Positions 1 through 11,969 are shown, numbered from the stretch's first letter. The stretch: DNA of 64,000 nucleotides from Octopus sinensis (GCF_006345805.1 NC_043022.1:24242001-24306000), one strand, 5' to 3'. Notes: generated by a model from the letters alone, not told the origin. Numbers and translations are program-made.

Positions 1-38
1 TATTTGTCTATGCTCAAAACAGGAACTGGAGTGGTGAG
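1..38 (-). CDS. Coding exon (runs off left edge) of unidentified minus-strand gene: LTTPVPVLSIDK...
   Basis: Strong acceptor tactcatttttgtttttttttaaattgtgtttacag| at 39-40; phase-0 frame is open and matches the upstream exon. Confidence 0.55.
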
Positions 39-559
39 CTGTAAACACAATTTAAAAAAAACAAAAATGAGTACCTCCTCTTCAGCTTAAGTGGAAGCAG
101 AGGGCAGGGGTGGGTGGGAAGGAGTAACATGGAGTACAGAAGGAAGAGGCAAGATTTTGCACTGGGAAATAAATGATTTTAGTTCTATATGCACCAAAGG
201 CGGTTTACTGGAAGGGAAGGGGACGGAGGGAGTGGGGCTGCAGTGAGTTTTGGTAAAGAATTAAGTCAAAACAAAGAAAAAAAAACCAAATTAAAATTCT
301 TTGATTAGGGTCTTAATTTAGATGACCTTTGCATAACTCTAGCATTTATACAAGACATTTCAGGCCCAAATGTTCCACATGTTCTATACTCAAATTGGCT
401 AGATCAGGCCTCTTACATCTACCTACAATATCATTCTAAAAGTATACGATGACATCATTGAAATCTCAGAGCTACAAGATAGTGCATGATTAATTGAGAA
501 CAATCGTTTATCTTTCACTTGTTTTGGTCATTGGACTGCGGCCTTGTGTCACATTTAGG

Positions 560-960
560 GGCTGAGGTTGTGATGATCTTCACACAGTTAAGGGGCTGAG
601 GTTGTGAATGCCAGATAGTTAGGGGCTGGAGGTTGTGATCTCCATACAGTTGGGGCATGAGGGTGGTGAGCTGTGCAGATAGTGGACTAAGGTTGACAGC
701 TGCACATGGTTTGGGGCTGAGGTCGAAAGCTACACATACAGATCGAGGTTGAGGTTGAGGGATCCACACACAGATTGAGGTCGAGGTTGAAGGGGTCCAC
801 AGACAGATTTAGGTCAAGGGCCATACACAGATTAAAGTGAAGATCAAGTGATCGACACAGAATGAAGTCACAGTCAAGGGGTCCACACACAGACTGAGAT
901 CAAGGTCAAAGGAACCACAAAGAGATTGGGGTCAAGCTCAAGCGGTTCATACACTGACTG
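560..960. repeat. Degenerate minisatellite (ggggctgaggttgtga, then agatcaaggtc..ggggtccacac units)
   Basis: Recurring ~20-35-bp motifs. Confidence 0.6.
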
Positions 961-1339
961 CAGCCAAGAGCTCAGCATATGCAACGAATAGTAATAAATG
1001 TGCATATCTGACTGGGCATCAAAATAATCTGAATGCGAACAGTCTACAACAAACTGGCCACTGAAATGTAATAAATGACAGAGATAAAGAATCTAGGAAT
1101 GTCTACATTGGCAGACCTAGACAACCTAAGAAAATGTAAAGAAAAGAAAATTCAAATAAAGCCGCTTGTCAGAAGCCAGACATAATTTGTTGTCGCTAAT
1201 TAAACATCAATCCTTTGACAGAACAAAGCCATAGGGTCTTTGTAATTGAATTGAAAAAGCTTTTAAATGAAGACTTAGCTAAACATTTGGTAGATAATAA
1301 TATCTAAAATATTGCCTGCAGCTGTAACTTAATAACTAA

Positions 1340-1358
1340 TAACTAATATAAGTATATA

Positions 1359-1396
<38 letters not shown>

Positions 1397-1798
1397 ACTA
1401 TATATATATAATTATATATATATTTAGAGAGAGAGAGAGAGAGAGGTGGGAGTGAGACAGGAGGGAAAGAAAGAGAGAGAATGATGAGTGTGTGAGCGTG
1501 TGTCTGTTTATGCATATATACTTATATACACACAACATATATGCACTTACATAGATAGATATGGTGTATAATATATATATATATATCTTTACGCACACAT
1601 ATACATGTATATATGCGGGTATATGTGTGTATGTGTGTGTATATATATATATATATTTATACATACATATACACATGTATATATGCGGGTGTATGTGTGT
1701 ATGTGTATATATATATTTACACATACATATACACATGTATATATGCAGGTGTATGTGTGTGTATATATATATAGATATATATATATAGATATATATAT

Positions 1799-1829
<31 letters not shown>

Positions 1830-1988
1830 TATAAAGAGAGCATATGTGCGTACGTATGTATATGTATACATACATTTATATATATGCATTTATACATAAA
1901 TGCACACACATATCTATATATATATATAGAAACACACATGTGTGGGTTGTGTGTGTGTGTGTGTGTGTGAACAAATGTACTTCTCTGA

Positions 1989-2050
<62 letters not shown>
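1340..2050. repeat. Compound TA/GA/GATA/TG microsatellites including ~66-bp tandem units at 1590-1770
   Basis: Direct reading. Confidence 0.9.
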
Positions 2051-2051
<1 letters not shown>

Positions 2052-2471
2052 CAGCCATCTTTCATTAAATTCCACAAACAGACCAAACACTTCACGAACA
2101 ACAAACACAACATCAGTTTTTACCTTATTGCTGATTTTAAATCAAGCAGTTTTTGATCAAAGCAGACAGAAGTGGAAGACGTTTCTGTCTCACCTCTGCA
2201 CTTCAGTACACAAAACAAGAAATATTTGTTTTCAATTTGTTTTCGGTTCTGAAACTGCTTTGTCAGGCCCCAACAATGTAGCCTGGTGTCGATGTTTTAA
2301 TAAGCGCTACAGTGCTATAAAAATGACACACTGGCTGGGCATGGTGAGGATGACGCACTGCAATGAAAATGAATACAAACTGTTTCTCTCTACACGTCAC
2401 ACTTTGCAGAGTGCCACAAGGTCAAAGCGTGGGAGAGTAGACAGCATGTCCTATATCTGCTCCTGACTACA

Positions 2472-2682
2472 TATGAAAGGGTACTGTAAAGTTCCTGGCT
2501 TTGAGTAAAAGAGGATCTGTTAATTGTGATTTTATTCAACATATACCCTTCTCAGATCGACACACTTATTGCAGTGGCCCTTCAGTTTTTCTAAGGCCTG
2601 TAAAAGAACTCGGAAGTTTGGGCCTCCAACAAGGACTTTCACAATACCCTTAAAGTCAGGAACTTTTCAGTACCCCCTCATA
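2472..2682 (-). mobile_element. mariner-derived MITE
   Basis: TA..GAGGGGGT(A/G)CTGAAAAGTTCCTG(G)C-type TIRs; internal transposase C-terminal remnant. Confidence 0.75.
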
Positions 2683-2715
2683 TATATGTGTGTGTATATA
2701 TATATGTGTATATAT

Positions 2716-3020
2716 ATCATCATCGTTGTTTAATGTCTACGTTCTATGCTGGCATGGGTTGGATGGTTTGATTGAAGACTGGCGAGCCAGAAGGCTGCAC
2801 CAGGCTCCAATCTGATCTGGCAAAGTTTCTACAGCTGGATGCCCTTCCTAACGCCAACCAATCCGAGAGTGTAGTGGGTGCTTTTATGTACAACCGGCAT
2901 AAGGGCCAGTCAGTCGGTTCTGGCAATGACCACGCTCAAAGGTGTTTTTACGTGCCACCTGCACAGGAACCAGCACTGGCAATGACCACGCTCAAATGTT
3001 TTTTCACATACCACAGGTAT
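2716..3020 (-). mobile_element. Retro-repeat E with (GAT)n tail
   Basis: Core cactac..cggagtggttggcgttaggaagggcatccagctgtagaaac ... acgttaaacgatgatg. Confidence 0.7.
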
Positions 3021-3050
3021 GTGTATATATATATATATACACACACACAC

Positions 3051-3089
<39 letters not shown>

Positions 3090-3094
<5 letters not shown>

Positions 3095-3296
3095 AGTGGG
3101 AGATGAAAAGTTCCTGGCTTTGGGTAAAAGAAAATATAGGAGAATCAGTTAATTATAATTTCATTCAACATATTCCCCTCTTAGATTCACACACTTACTG
3201 CAGTGGTCCTTCAGTTTTTCTAAGCCCTGCAAAAGAACTTGGAAGATTGGGCCGCCAATACCCTTAACACCAGGAATTTTACAGCTCCTCCTCGTA
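3090..3296 (-). mobile_element. mariner-derived MITE
   Basis: Same TIRs; encodes LQGLEKLKDHCSKCVNLRGEYVE*, typical of a mariner transposase C-terminus. Confidence 0.8.
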
Positions 3297-3544
3297 GGCA
3301 GCAAACATAATTCACAAAAGCATGGTACATGTTTCTTAGCCAAACTCACTCACAGTTAATGGCTGGTTTGTATATGTAATCATATGTGAACATATAAGTG
3401 AGTATATTGATCGTATATTCTCAGTCATGTAATTTACCAAAGAAAACCACTGGACAATAAAATGCTCAACATTTTTCATATGTGATAACTTAAAAATAAC
3501 ATTACATTGCTTAGCTACTATGTCAATTAACTACTAGACTTATA

Positions 3545-3888
3545 GTGAAGGCACATGGCTTAGTGGTTAGAGCATTGAGCTTACAATCGTGAGGTTGTGA
3601 GCTCGAATCCTGGACTGGGCTGTGTGTTGTGTTCTTGAGCAAGACACTTTATTTCACGTTGCTCCAGTTCACTCAGCTGTAGAAATGAGTTGCGACGTCA
3701 CGGGTGCCAAGCTGTATCGGCCCCTTTGCCTTTCCCTTGGATAACACTGGTGGCGTAGAGAGGGGAGGCCGGTATCCATGGGCAACTGCTGGTCTTCCAT
3801 AAAAAAGTCACCTTGCCCAGACTTGTGACTAGGAGGGTAACTTTCTCGGTGCAATCCCATGGTCAGTGTCATGACCGAAGGGGGTCCC
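3545..3888 (+). mobile_element. SINE family D (tRNA-derived)
   Basis: gtgaaggcacatggcttagtggttagagc head; reverse copy at 32090-32430. Confidence 0.75.
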
Positions 3889-4039
3889 CGACCGACTAGA
3901 CTTATACATTCCATAATGAAGTCCTAGATACACTGAGCATATGTGGGGTGTGGTTGGGGTTGGAGGTGAGATGAGCTGAATGCATTTGATTATTTGTCTA
4001 TCTGTTTGGTCACAGCTGGAATGCATCTATCTGATCTTA

Positions 4040-4460
4040 TACCTATTTCTTTACTACCCACAAGGCGCTAAACACAGAGAGGACAAACAAGGACAGACAG
4101 ACAGATTAAGTCGATTACATCGACCCCAGTGCATAACTGGTACTTCATTTATCGACCCCGAAAGGATGAAAGGCATAGTCGACCTCGGCGGAATTTGAAC
4201 TCAGAACATAACAGCAGACGAAATACCTATTTCTTTACTACCCAGAAGGGGCTAAACACAGAGAGGACAAACAAGGACAGACAAAAGGATTAAGTCGATT
4301 ACATCATCCCCAGTGCATAACTGGTACTTCATTTATTGACCCTGAAAGGATGAAAGGCAAAGTTGACCTCGGCAGAATTTGAACTCAGAACGTATTGGCA
4401 GACGAAATACCGCTAAGCATTTCGCCTGGTGTGCTAACAATTCTGCCAGCTCACTGCCTT
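4040..4460 (-). mobile_element. SINE family B (MetaSINE-like), tandem dimer
   Basis: tRNA-like head (TGGCAGAA..G / GAGTTCAAATTC) plus Meta-like gtcgactttgcctttcatcctttcggggtcgat; two ~185-bp units. Confidence 0.75.
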
Positions 4461-4919
4461 GTTTGATCAGGGCTGATCTCGGTTAAAAAACACCAACAAA
4501 GTAATGGTCAGTCCATATCATTCTGTAAAGAGCAAAGGCATTAATGTCCTTGCCTTTAATTTTTTTATCAACCTGCCTGAAGCCACTTCTGGTTATTCAA
4601 TCCAAACTTCCTGTTTTAAAGAGATCTAAATTAAAACCTTCCACCAAAAATCTAGTTTGATTTATGTTTCAAGCACTGGTTCCATTCAATAATGACAAAA
4701 CTATTTCAATAAATTATTCATAAATTTTAAAATAAATTAAAATAAAACCAGTGTATTTCAACAGAAATATGCCAGAAGGCTAAATCTGTTCACATTCAGA
4801 TTATTTTGCCAAATGTAATGCTCACTTCTTCACATTGTTCTCAATTATGCATGAATTATCGCATAACTTTGAAGTTATGTGTTTGTTTAGTTTTAGGGAA
4901 AGTGTGAGAGGGCAAATCT

Positions 4920-5267
4920 CTTTACTCTTTTACTTGTTTCAGTCATTTGACTGTGGCCATGCTGGAGCACCGCCTTTAGTCGAGCAAATCGACCCCCAGG
5001 ACTTATTCTTTGTAAGCTTAGTACTTATTGTATCGGTCTCTTTTGCCAAACTGCTAAGCGATGTTGAGGGGACAAACACAGACACAAACATATATACACA
5101 TATACGACAGGCTTCTTTCAGTTTCCCTCTACCAAATCCACTCACAAGACTTTGGTCAGCCCGAGGCTATAGTAGATGACACTTGCCCAAGGTGCCACGC
5201 AGCGGGACTGAACCCGGAACCATGTGGTTGGTAAGCAAGCTACTTCCCACACAGCCACTCCTGCACC
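4920..5267 (-). mobile_element. SINE family A (tRNA head, CORE-like accttgggcaagtg, internal TA/TG microsatellite, AAGAGTA tail)
   Basis: A box TGGCTGTGTGG and B box GGTTCAGTCCC; >15 homologs in the window. Confidence 0.8.
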
Positions 5268-5485
5268 TCAGTTTGTACATAAAACAGGCAAAATATGGCT
5301 ATGGATGGTTTAAATGTTAGCTGGTTAAAGACAGTAGGGTGAGGTTTGAGGAAAATTTGGTATTACAAGTTGAAAGGTTTCCTTCATTGGCCTGCCTGAA
5401 ACAGTGGTTTCATATTATATATGTATGTTACAGAATGTGAGAGGTGAGAAGAGATGAGAGAATGGAGAAATGAAAACCAACTTAC

Positions 5486-5563
5486 CTGGCTTTCTTGAGA
5501 ATGTTCTCCACCATAAGACCAATGATTCCTCAAGAAAATATTCTTATTGTTCTGTCTTGGATA
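5486..5563 (-). CDS. 78-nt internal coding exon YPRQNNKNIFLRNHWSYGGEHSQESQ
   Basis: Acceptor ttttttcttcttaatttcag|, donor CAG|gtaagt, length divisible by 3, open in phase 0, unique non-repeat sequence. Confidence 0.7.
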
Positions 5564-5837
5564 CTGAAATTAAGAAGAAAAAAAAAATTTTTTTTTACAA
5601 CTTCCAGATAAGGTAAACTCCTGTCAAACATTATCATTGTCATTATTATTTCACCAAGCTCAACTTTGCCTTTTATCTATGTAGGGTCTAGGAAATAAAA
5701 TATTAGTCAAATATGTGTGTTTGTGTGTGTGTTTTTTTTTTCTGACCACAATGGTGTCAAAGGGCAGTTGATTTTTACCGCAGAGTAAATCTTTTTCTTG
5801 CAGTCCATAAAACAATATCTGGCCACTTGTGTTTTAA

Positions 5838-6058
5838 CCCTTTCGTTACCAACCTGGCTGAAACCGGCTCTGGCTTTGTAGTACAAATGTCTTGTTTTCA
5901 TAAATTTTGAATTAAAATCTTCCACCAAACCTTAGTCACAATTTATATTCCTATCACTAGCTTAATGATAACAAAGTTATTTTACTAAATTCTTTGTTAT
6001 ATTTAACGTAATTGAAAGAAACACAGAGCATCTCAAAATAAATACGGTAATGAAAGGG
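5838..6058. mobile_element. piggyBac-like MITE
   Basis: TTAA|ccctttcgttacc ... ggtaatgaaaggg|TTAA (12/13 TIR match, TTAA TSD). Confidence 0.75.
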
Positions 6059-6275
6059 TTAACTTGGTGGTGATTTTTTGCCAGTAGAGAAAGAGCTGGT
6101 TTCTAACCTAGATCCAAAGCTCCTTCATTGGAATTTCAACATCAACAGGGTTTTTTTGCATGTATCTGCACATGTGTGCATTATTTGGAGTCAGTGCTTG
6201 TGCAGATTTGTCTGATTTGTTTTATATATGTATTTTCATACATATAGTTCCACATCAAGACATGAGCATATATAC

Positions 6276-7090
6276 TTAAATGATAAACTTCTGGAAAGTT
6301 CTACAAATGTTTACAGTTCCCGTGATGGCTTGGATCTGCAATCCTTGAATCAGCTTTCTCCTTTCTGATTTTGAGATGCCTAATTTCTCAAGATTGGTAC
6401 TTAGGCTGTGTATTATATATCCCAGTGCCCCAATAATTACAGGTATAAACCTGAACTTGTAATCTGGATAGAGTAACTGCAGATTTCTCAATAGGCATAG
6501 GAGTGGATGTGTGGTAAGTAGCTTGCATACGAACCACATGGTTCTGGGTTCAGTCCCACTGTGTGGCACCTTGGGCAAATGTCTTCTGCTATAGCCTCAG
6601 GCCGACCAAAGCCTTATGAGTGAGTGGATTTGGTAGACGGAAACTGAAAGAAGCCTGTCGTATATATGTATACATATATGTATGTGTGTGTGTATACGTT
6701 CGTGTGTCTGTGTTTGTCCCACCAACATCACTTTACAACCGATGCTGGTGTGTTTACGTGCCCGTAACTTAGCGGCTCAGCAAGAGAGACCGATAGAATA
6801 AGTACTAGGCTTACAAAGAATAAGTCCTGGGGTTGACTTGCTCAACTAAAGGCGGTGCTCCAGCATGGCCACAATCAAATGACTGAAACAAGTAAAAGAG
6901 TAAAGAGTTCAGAATAAGGTATTTTCCTTTTCACTGATCTTTTAGCCTTATGTTATCATTTGCTGAGCAGTTGATTTTCACAACTGTACAGTTTCTCTTC
7001 TCAATCCCCAATCTCAATGTCAGATCTATTGTGCTTATTGAGGCTTCCACTGGGACATTCCACCAGTACTCCTTTTTATGGGCTGCTATG
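6276..7090 (-). mobile_element. Decayed RLE-type non-LTR retrotransposon 3' end (R4/Dong-like), split by SINE A at 6494-6908
   Basis: With frameshifts reads KHNRSDI..CTVVKINC..ISEKENT.SE / LLRNLQLLYPDYKFRFIPVIIGALG..LQIQAITGTVNICRTF, resembling the (P)D..E..K restriction-like endonuclease C-terminus. Confidence 0.75.
6494..6908 (+). mobile_element. SINE A full length, inside RLE LINE
   Basis: ggcataggagtgg ... aagtaaaagagtaaagag. Confidence 0.85.
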
Positions 7091-7699
7091 TATGCATGCA
7101 TGTAGAGAAATTGTTATAAAGAATTAATGAAAAAAACAGTCTTCATGCAAGGAAGACATTTTTGAATAAACTCTTCCTATCACACTCCCTGCTCACCTCC
7201 AGCCCCATCCCCACTACTGACCCCTATGTCATTTCATCCCAATCTACTCTACCCCACCGCACTACATACATACCCCCAGCTGAGAGATGTGAACAGGAAA
7301 TGATATTTGAATGCCTACAGTTTCAGATTTTTGTTTTTCCACAATTAATTTTCACAGAATCTCTCATTTTTGTTGTTGTTGTTGTAAATGATGATGTGGA
7401 GGGGGAGGAGGAGGAGGAGGCAAGCTTTCAGCAGCAACAGCAGGGTGGCAAGTAGATTAACCACAAACCAATTGAAGAGGATGTCAAGGACTCCAGAAAT
7501 CAAGGAGTACTTAAACACAACTACTTGCAGTTAATGAAGTCATCAGACTTTTCTTTTTAATGAACACAACTAATTATAAATGGAAGGGGAGAGGAGCAAA
7601 AGAAAGTACAGTGATTACTGCTGCTGATGGTGGTGGCGGTGTGTTGGTAGCTGTTATGTCGGTTATATGTGGAGGTGTGTTAATGCTGTACTTTTACAA

Positions 7700-8010
7700 T
7701 ACGATATCACTGTGATCAACCAGGCTATCAGATGTTGCTACACATCGCTGGTCACAATGCGCTTTGCATTGTTTTAGCCTTCAAATGACGCCACCCCGCT
7801 GGCTAAGCGAGCAGGCCAACAGAAGAAAGAGTGAGAGAAAGTTGTAGTGAAAGAGTACAGCAGGGATTGCCACCACCCCCTGCTGGAGCCTCGTGGAGCT
7901 TTAGGTGTTTTCGCTCAATAAATACTCACAATGCCTGGTCTGGGAATCAAAACCGCGATCCTACGACTGCGAGTCCGCTGCCCTAACCACTGGGCCATTG
8001 CGCCTCCACA
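7700..8010 (-). mobile_element. SINE family C (tRNA-derived, TCACGGTGA tail)
   Basis: Head gtggaggcgcaatggcccagtggttagggcagcggactcg; B box gtttcgattccc. Confidence 0.8.
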
Positions 8011-8048
8011 CAATACCATATAACAAAAAAAATTAGATCATTCAGTCC

Positions 8049-8248
8049 TATGGGAGATGGCATCAAACAGTTCCTGGCTTTAAGGGTATCGCGAAAGGCT
8101 TAGTTCGAAGCTCAACCTTCAGAGTTCTTTTACAGGGCTTAGAAAAACCACTACAATAAGTGTGATTATGTTGGATAAAATCATAATTAGCAGATCCTCC
8201 TGTATTTTCTTTTACCCACAGCCAGGAACTTTTCAGCACCCCATCGTA
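8049..8248 (+). mobile_element. mariner-derived MITE (degraded)
   Basis: Homologous to 3090-3296 in the opposite orientation. Confidence 0.7.
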
Positions 8249-8601
8249 TATGTGAATGAATATATCACGTCTGAGTAAATAAAAGACACGATGGTCAGGG
8301 CCAGAACACTTGTGGTCTTCGGTCTGTTGGATTAGTTAGAGCCTGCCTAGAGGTGAAAAACTATCATAGTTTTTAGTACTTAATTTAATTACTGTATGGT
8401 GTCTGATGAAATTTCTCCCACAAACTTATTGTCAAATGTACCCAACATCAAATTCATTCTATCTACCTATTTACATTATGAGTATGTATATATATATATA
8501 TATTAGAAGAAATGAGGTACTCAGAAATCTGGATGGTTTTATATTTACAGATATTTATTAGCATGTTACATGTTTTTATAAATCATATATTAGCGCTTTC
8601 A

Positions 8602-8690
<89 letters not shown>

Positions 8691-8699
8691 TAACTTTTA

Positions 8700-9250
8700 A
8701 TGTTTTATTTGTTTCAGTCAGACTCAGACATTCTGGGGTACCACCTTAATTTTTAGTCGAATGACACCATTACTTATTCTTTTTTTAATAGCCTGGTACT
8801 TATTCTATTGGTCTATTCACTGAACTGCGAAGTCATGAGGACATAAATGCACCAACACTGGTTGTCAAGCAGTGGTGGGGAACAAATACAGACATGAACA
8901 CACACACACACACGTAACCGCGTGTGTACCGTTGGCGATTTTTTTTTCCTCCATCTTCCCTTCCTTGGATCTTTCCTTTTCCTATGTTTCTGACCAAGAG
9001 CTCCGCTCGAAATGTTAAATTCTCCTTCTTTCTTTCCTTTCCTGACCGTCCAATAACACTATACTTGTTCCACGTCCCCGCATTGTTGTGTTTTCTCTTT
9101 GTGTTTTCATGTTTGGATTAACTATATATATATATATGATAGGCTTCTACGACAGTAGAAGACACTTGCTCATGGTGCCATGCAGTGGGACTGAACCTGC
9201 AATCATGTGGTTGGGAAGCGAGCTTCTTACCACCCAGCCACGCCTTTGCG
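8700..9250 (-). mobile_element. SINE A interrupted by Penelope-like fragment
   Basis: 3' part 8700-8910, head 9135-9250. Confidence 0.65.
8913..9135 (+). mobile_element. Penelope-like terminal-repeat fragment with hammerhead-like core
   Basis: ctgaccaagagctccgctcgaaatgtt; flanked by CA/TA microsatellite inside a SINE A. Confidence 0.5.
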
Positions 9251-9540
9251 GAAATGATATAAACATAATAATATACATACGTACATACATACACACACTA
9301 ACACTATGTAGCCATAATTAGCTTTTAGAGTGTAAAACATGTTAACTTCTGATCTCCAACTATATTTAATTGCCATTCCTCGTTACCAAGGAGTTACCAA
9401 GCAGCAAAACTGAACAGTTGATATCTGACAAGACACTATCCACAGCAAGCAGACGGAACTGGAGAGGAAAGAGAAGAGGGCATTCCTAGGCAGTTTGGCT
9501 GTTTCTATTGACTATAAATAAATAATGTGCTAAAACTCAC

Positions 9541-9549
9541 TTGAAACAT
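9541..9549 (-). CDS. Candidate alternative first-exon coding end (MFQ|)
   Basis: Strong donor CAA|gtgagt at 9540 in phase 0 of ORF 9505-9798, downstream of a GA-rich tract; no transcript evidence. Confidence 0.2.
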
Positions 9550-9749
9550 GTCTTTCTTGACTGTAAGTATGTTTAAATAGACACAAGACAGTTTCCACTG
9601 AAGAAGGTCAATTGTTCTATAGTGTCCTTTTGTTGTCAGTCTGGCTCTCTCAAGTGGCCTTTTTCTTTTCTTCTCTCCCTCTGAAGTGTTGCTGCTTATA
9701 ACAGTGGGAGTGACCTCAGCTCCTACCCATCCCGCCCCCCCTCTCTCTC

Positions 9750-9793
<44 letters not shown>

Positions 9794-10599
9794 GACATCC
9801 TGTTAGTCTTAGTGGGAAGAAAAGAAATTCTTAAATTCTAAAGGAAACATCAGGTAACAAGATTTAGTTAAAAGGTCCCCTCTGTGGTAAATTCCCTGAC
9901 CTGAAATCAACTCTCCCTGAATACTTATTTCTTTATTACCCACAAGGGGCTAAACACAGAGGGGACAAACGAGGACAGACATAGGTATTAAGTCGATTAC
10001 ATCGATCCCAGTGCATAACTGGTACTTAATTCATTGACCCAGAAAGGATGAAAGGCAAAGTCCACCATGGCAGAATTTGAACTCAGAACGTAGCGGCAGA
10101 CGAAATACCTGCTAATGTTTCTGCCTGCCACCCACAAGCCTCTCTTATTATCATTATCTGCCATTGTGTTACACATGCTCATATCAATAACTAACAATGC
10201 ATACACATGCCTGAGGTTAGTTCTTTCACCAATATCAACATACAGTACAGCTAGAACACATACATGGGGCTATACTAGAAAACACTTGCCCAAGGTTCCA
10301 CACAAAGGTATTGAACCCAAAACCACATGGATAGGAAGCAAACTTCTTAACCATGCTTGGTTCGATCCATAACTGTAGTATAAGACACTTGCTCAAGACA
10401 CCACATAGCGAGATCAAACCATTATTGCAAAGCAAACTTCTCAACACACACAAGCCATTTTCAATTAAAATGAACCAGTGCTGTATATGCAAACACACCA
10501 ACAACAGATATCAAGTGATGGTGGTGGTGGTGGTGGTGGGGCAAACACAGACACAAACACGAGAAGCTTCTTTCAGTTTCCATCTACCAAAATATATGT

Positions 10600-10862
10600 G
10601 TCGGTGACATGTAAAAGCACCAACCGATTGTGGCTGTTTGCCAGCCTCATCTGGCCCCTGTACTGGTGGCACATAAAAAGCACCCACTACACTCATGGAG
10701 TGGTTGGTGCTAGGAAGGGCATCCAGCTGTAGAAACACTGCCAGATCAGACTGGAGCCTGATGCAGCCTCCTGGCTTCCCAGACCCCGATTGAACCATCC
10801 AACCCATGCTAGCATGGAAAACGGACGTTAAACGATGATGATGATGATGATGATGATGATGA
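10600..10862 (+). mobile_element. Retro-repeat E (also at 12515-12670, 16640-16918, 57135-57310)
   Basis: Same core and long (GAT)n tail. Confidence 0.75.
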
Positions 10863-11679
10863 AAATCCACTCACAAGGCTTTGGTCGGCCTGATGCTATA
10901 GTAGAAGACACTTGCCCAATGTACCAGGTAATGGGACTGAACCTGGAACCATGTGGTTGGGAAGCAAGCTTCTTACCACACAGCCTTGCCTGCAACTATG
11001 ATGAAACATATTAAATTTGGTTTTTTGCTCTGGCAAATACAGCATGCCATAGGGAATTCAACCGTTTGTATCTCTCTGTCTCTCACTCAGACTTAAATAG
11101 ACAAATACCAGCACCCCCGCTTTAAGCTCGTAGATGTAATATTCAATGCTTAGATACACACACACAAAGCTGATGCCCTAAACACTACCAGCATCATACA
11201 CACAAGTCCTGAGCTAAGAGAACAACAACAGTACCATATCATTATGATATATTGTATTCAAGGAATGGTTTCAATAACAAAGAATGGTGTGTGGTGGTGG
11301 TGGTGGTGAGGTGGTGCGTGGTGGTGTGTGGTGGTGGTGTATGGGTGCAGGATTGCACAGCAGTTGAGGGTGGTGTGATAGTAGTGGTGGTTGTGCGATG
11401 GTGGGTTTTTAGTTAAACTATGGTTGCAGTGGTATGGCCTACAGTTGAACTGTGGCGGTGGCTGTGGCAGCGTGGCAGTAGTTGAACTGTAAGGAAAAGG
11501 TCACAAATGTAAGCCGGAGGTGGAGACACATACCCCCGCCTCCACACCACCCTTCACCCGTCCATTCAGTGCAAGTGCATATTGCAACGGCCATCTGCAC
11601 AGTGCACCAGGCAAGACATCTAATTAAAAACATTGGCAGAGCAGTGCTGTATTGGATAATAATAATAACAATAATAATG

Positions 11680-11722
<43 letters not shown>

Positions 11723-11902
11723 TAATAATAATAATGATAATAATAATAATAATAATAAAGTCTGTGTGTCATTATGTAAGAGTGGGGTGGGAGTGTAGCT
11801 GTTGGCTGCCATGGAGATTACTGCATTACAGAGACATCTGGTGAGTATTATAACAACTATAGATTGATGATAGTGGTGTATGTAAAAATATACATGTATG
11901 CA

Positions 11903-11969
<67 letters not shown>

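Noticed and set aside
1398-2113. Long ORFs rich in YI/CV/HT/RE/SL dipeptides (also at 14558-15067, 19988-20795, 30971-31618, 35548-35960, 58267-58842)
   Set aside because: These are translations of di- and trinucleotide microsatellites, with no codon diversity or splice support.
4835-5179. Recurrent ORFs such as RQASFSFRLPNPLTRLWSARGYSRRHLPKVPRSGTEP and FLQLDALPNANHSESVVGAFY
   Set aside because: They are incidental frames in SINE A and repeat E and recur only because the repeats recur.
5486-5520. HWSYGGEH resembles the carbonic anhydrase N-terminal HW.Y motif
   Set aside because: The following residues do not continue the CA pattern; too short to assign a gene.
11439-11490. Strong minus-strand acceptor (ccttttccttacag) followed by FNYCHAATATATVQL*
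   Set aside because: No donor or polyA support, and open frames here are expected from CA-rich composition.
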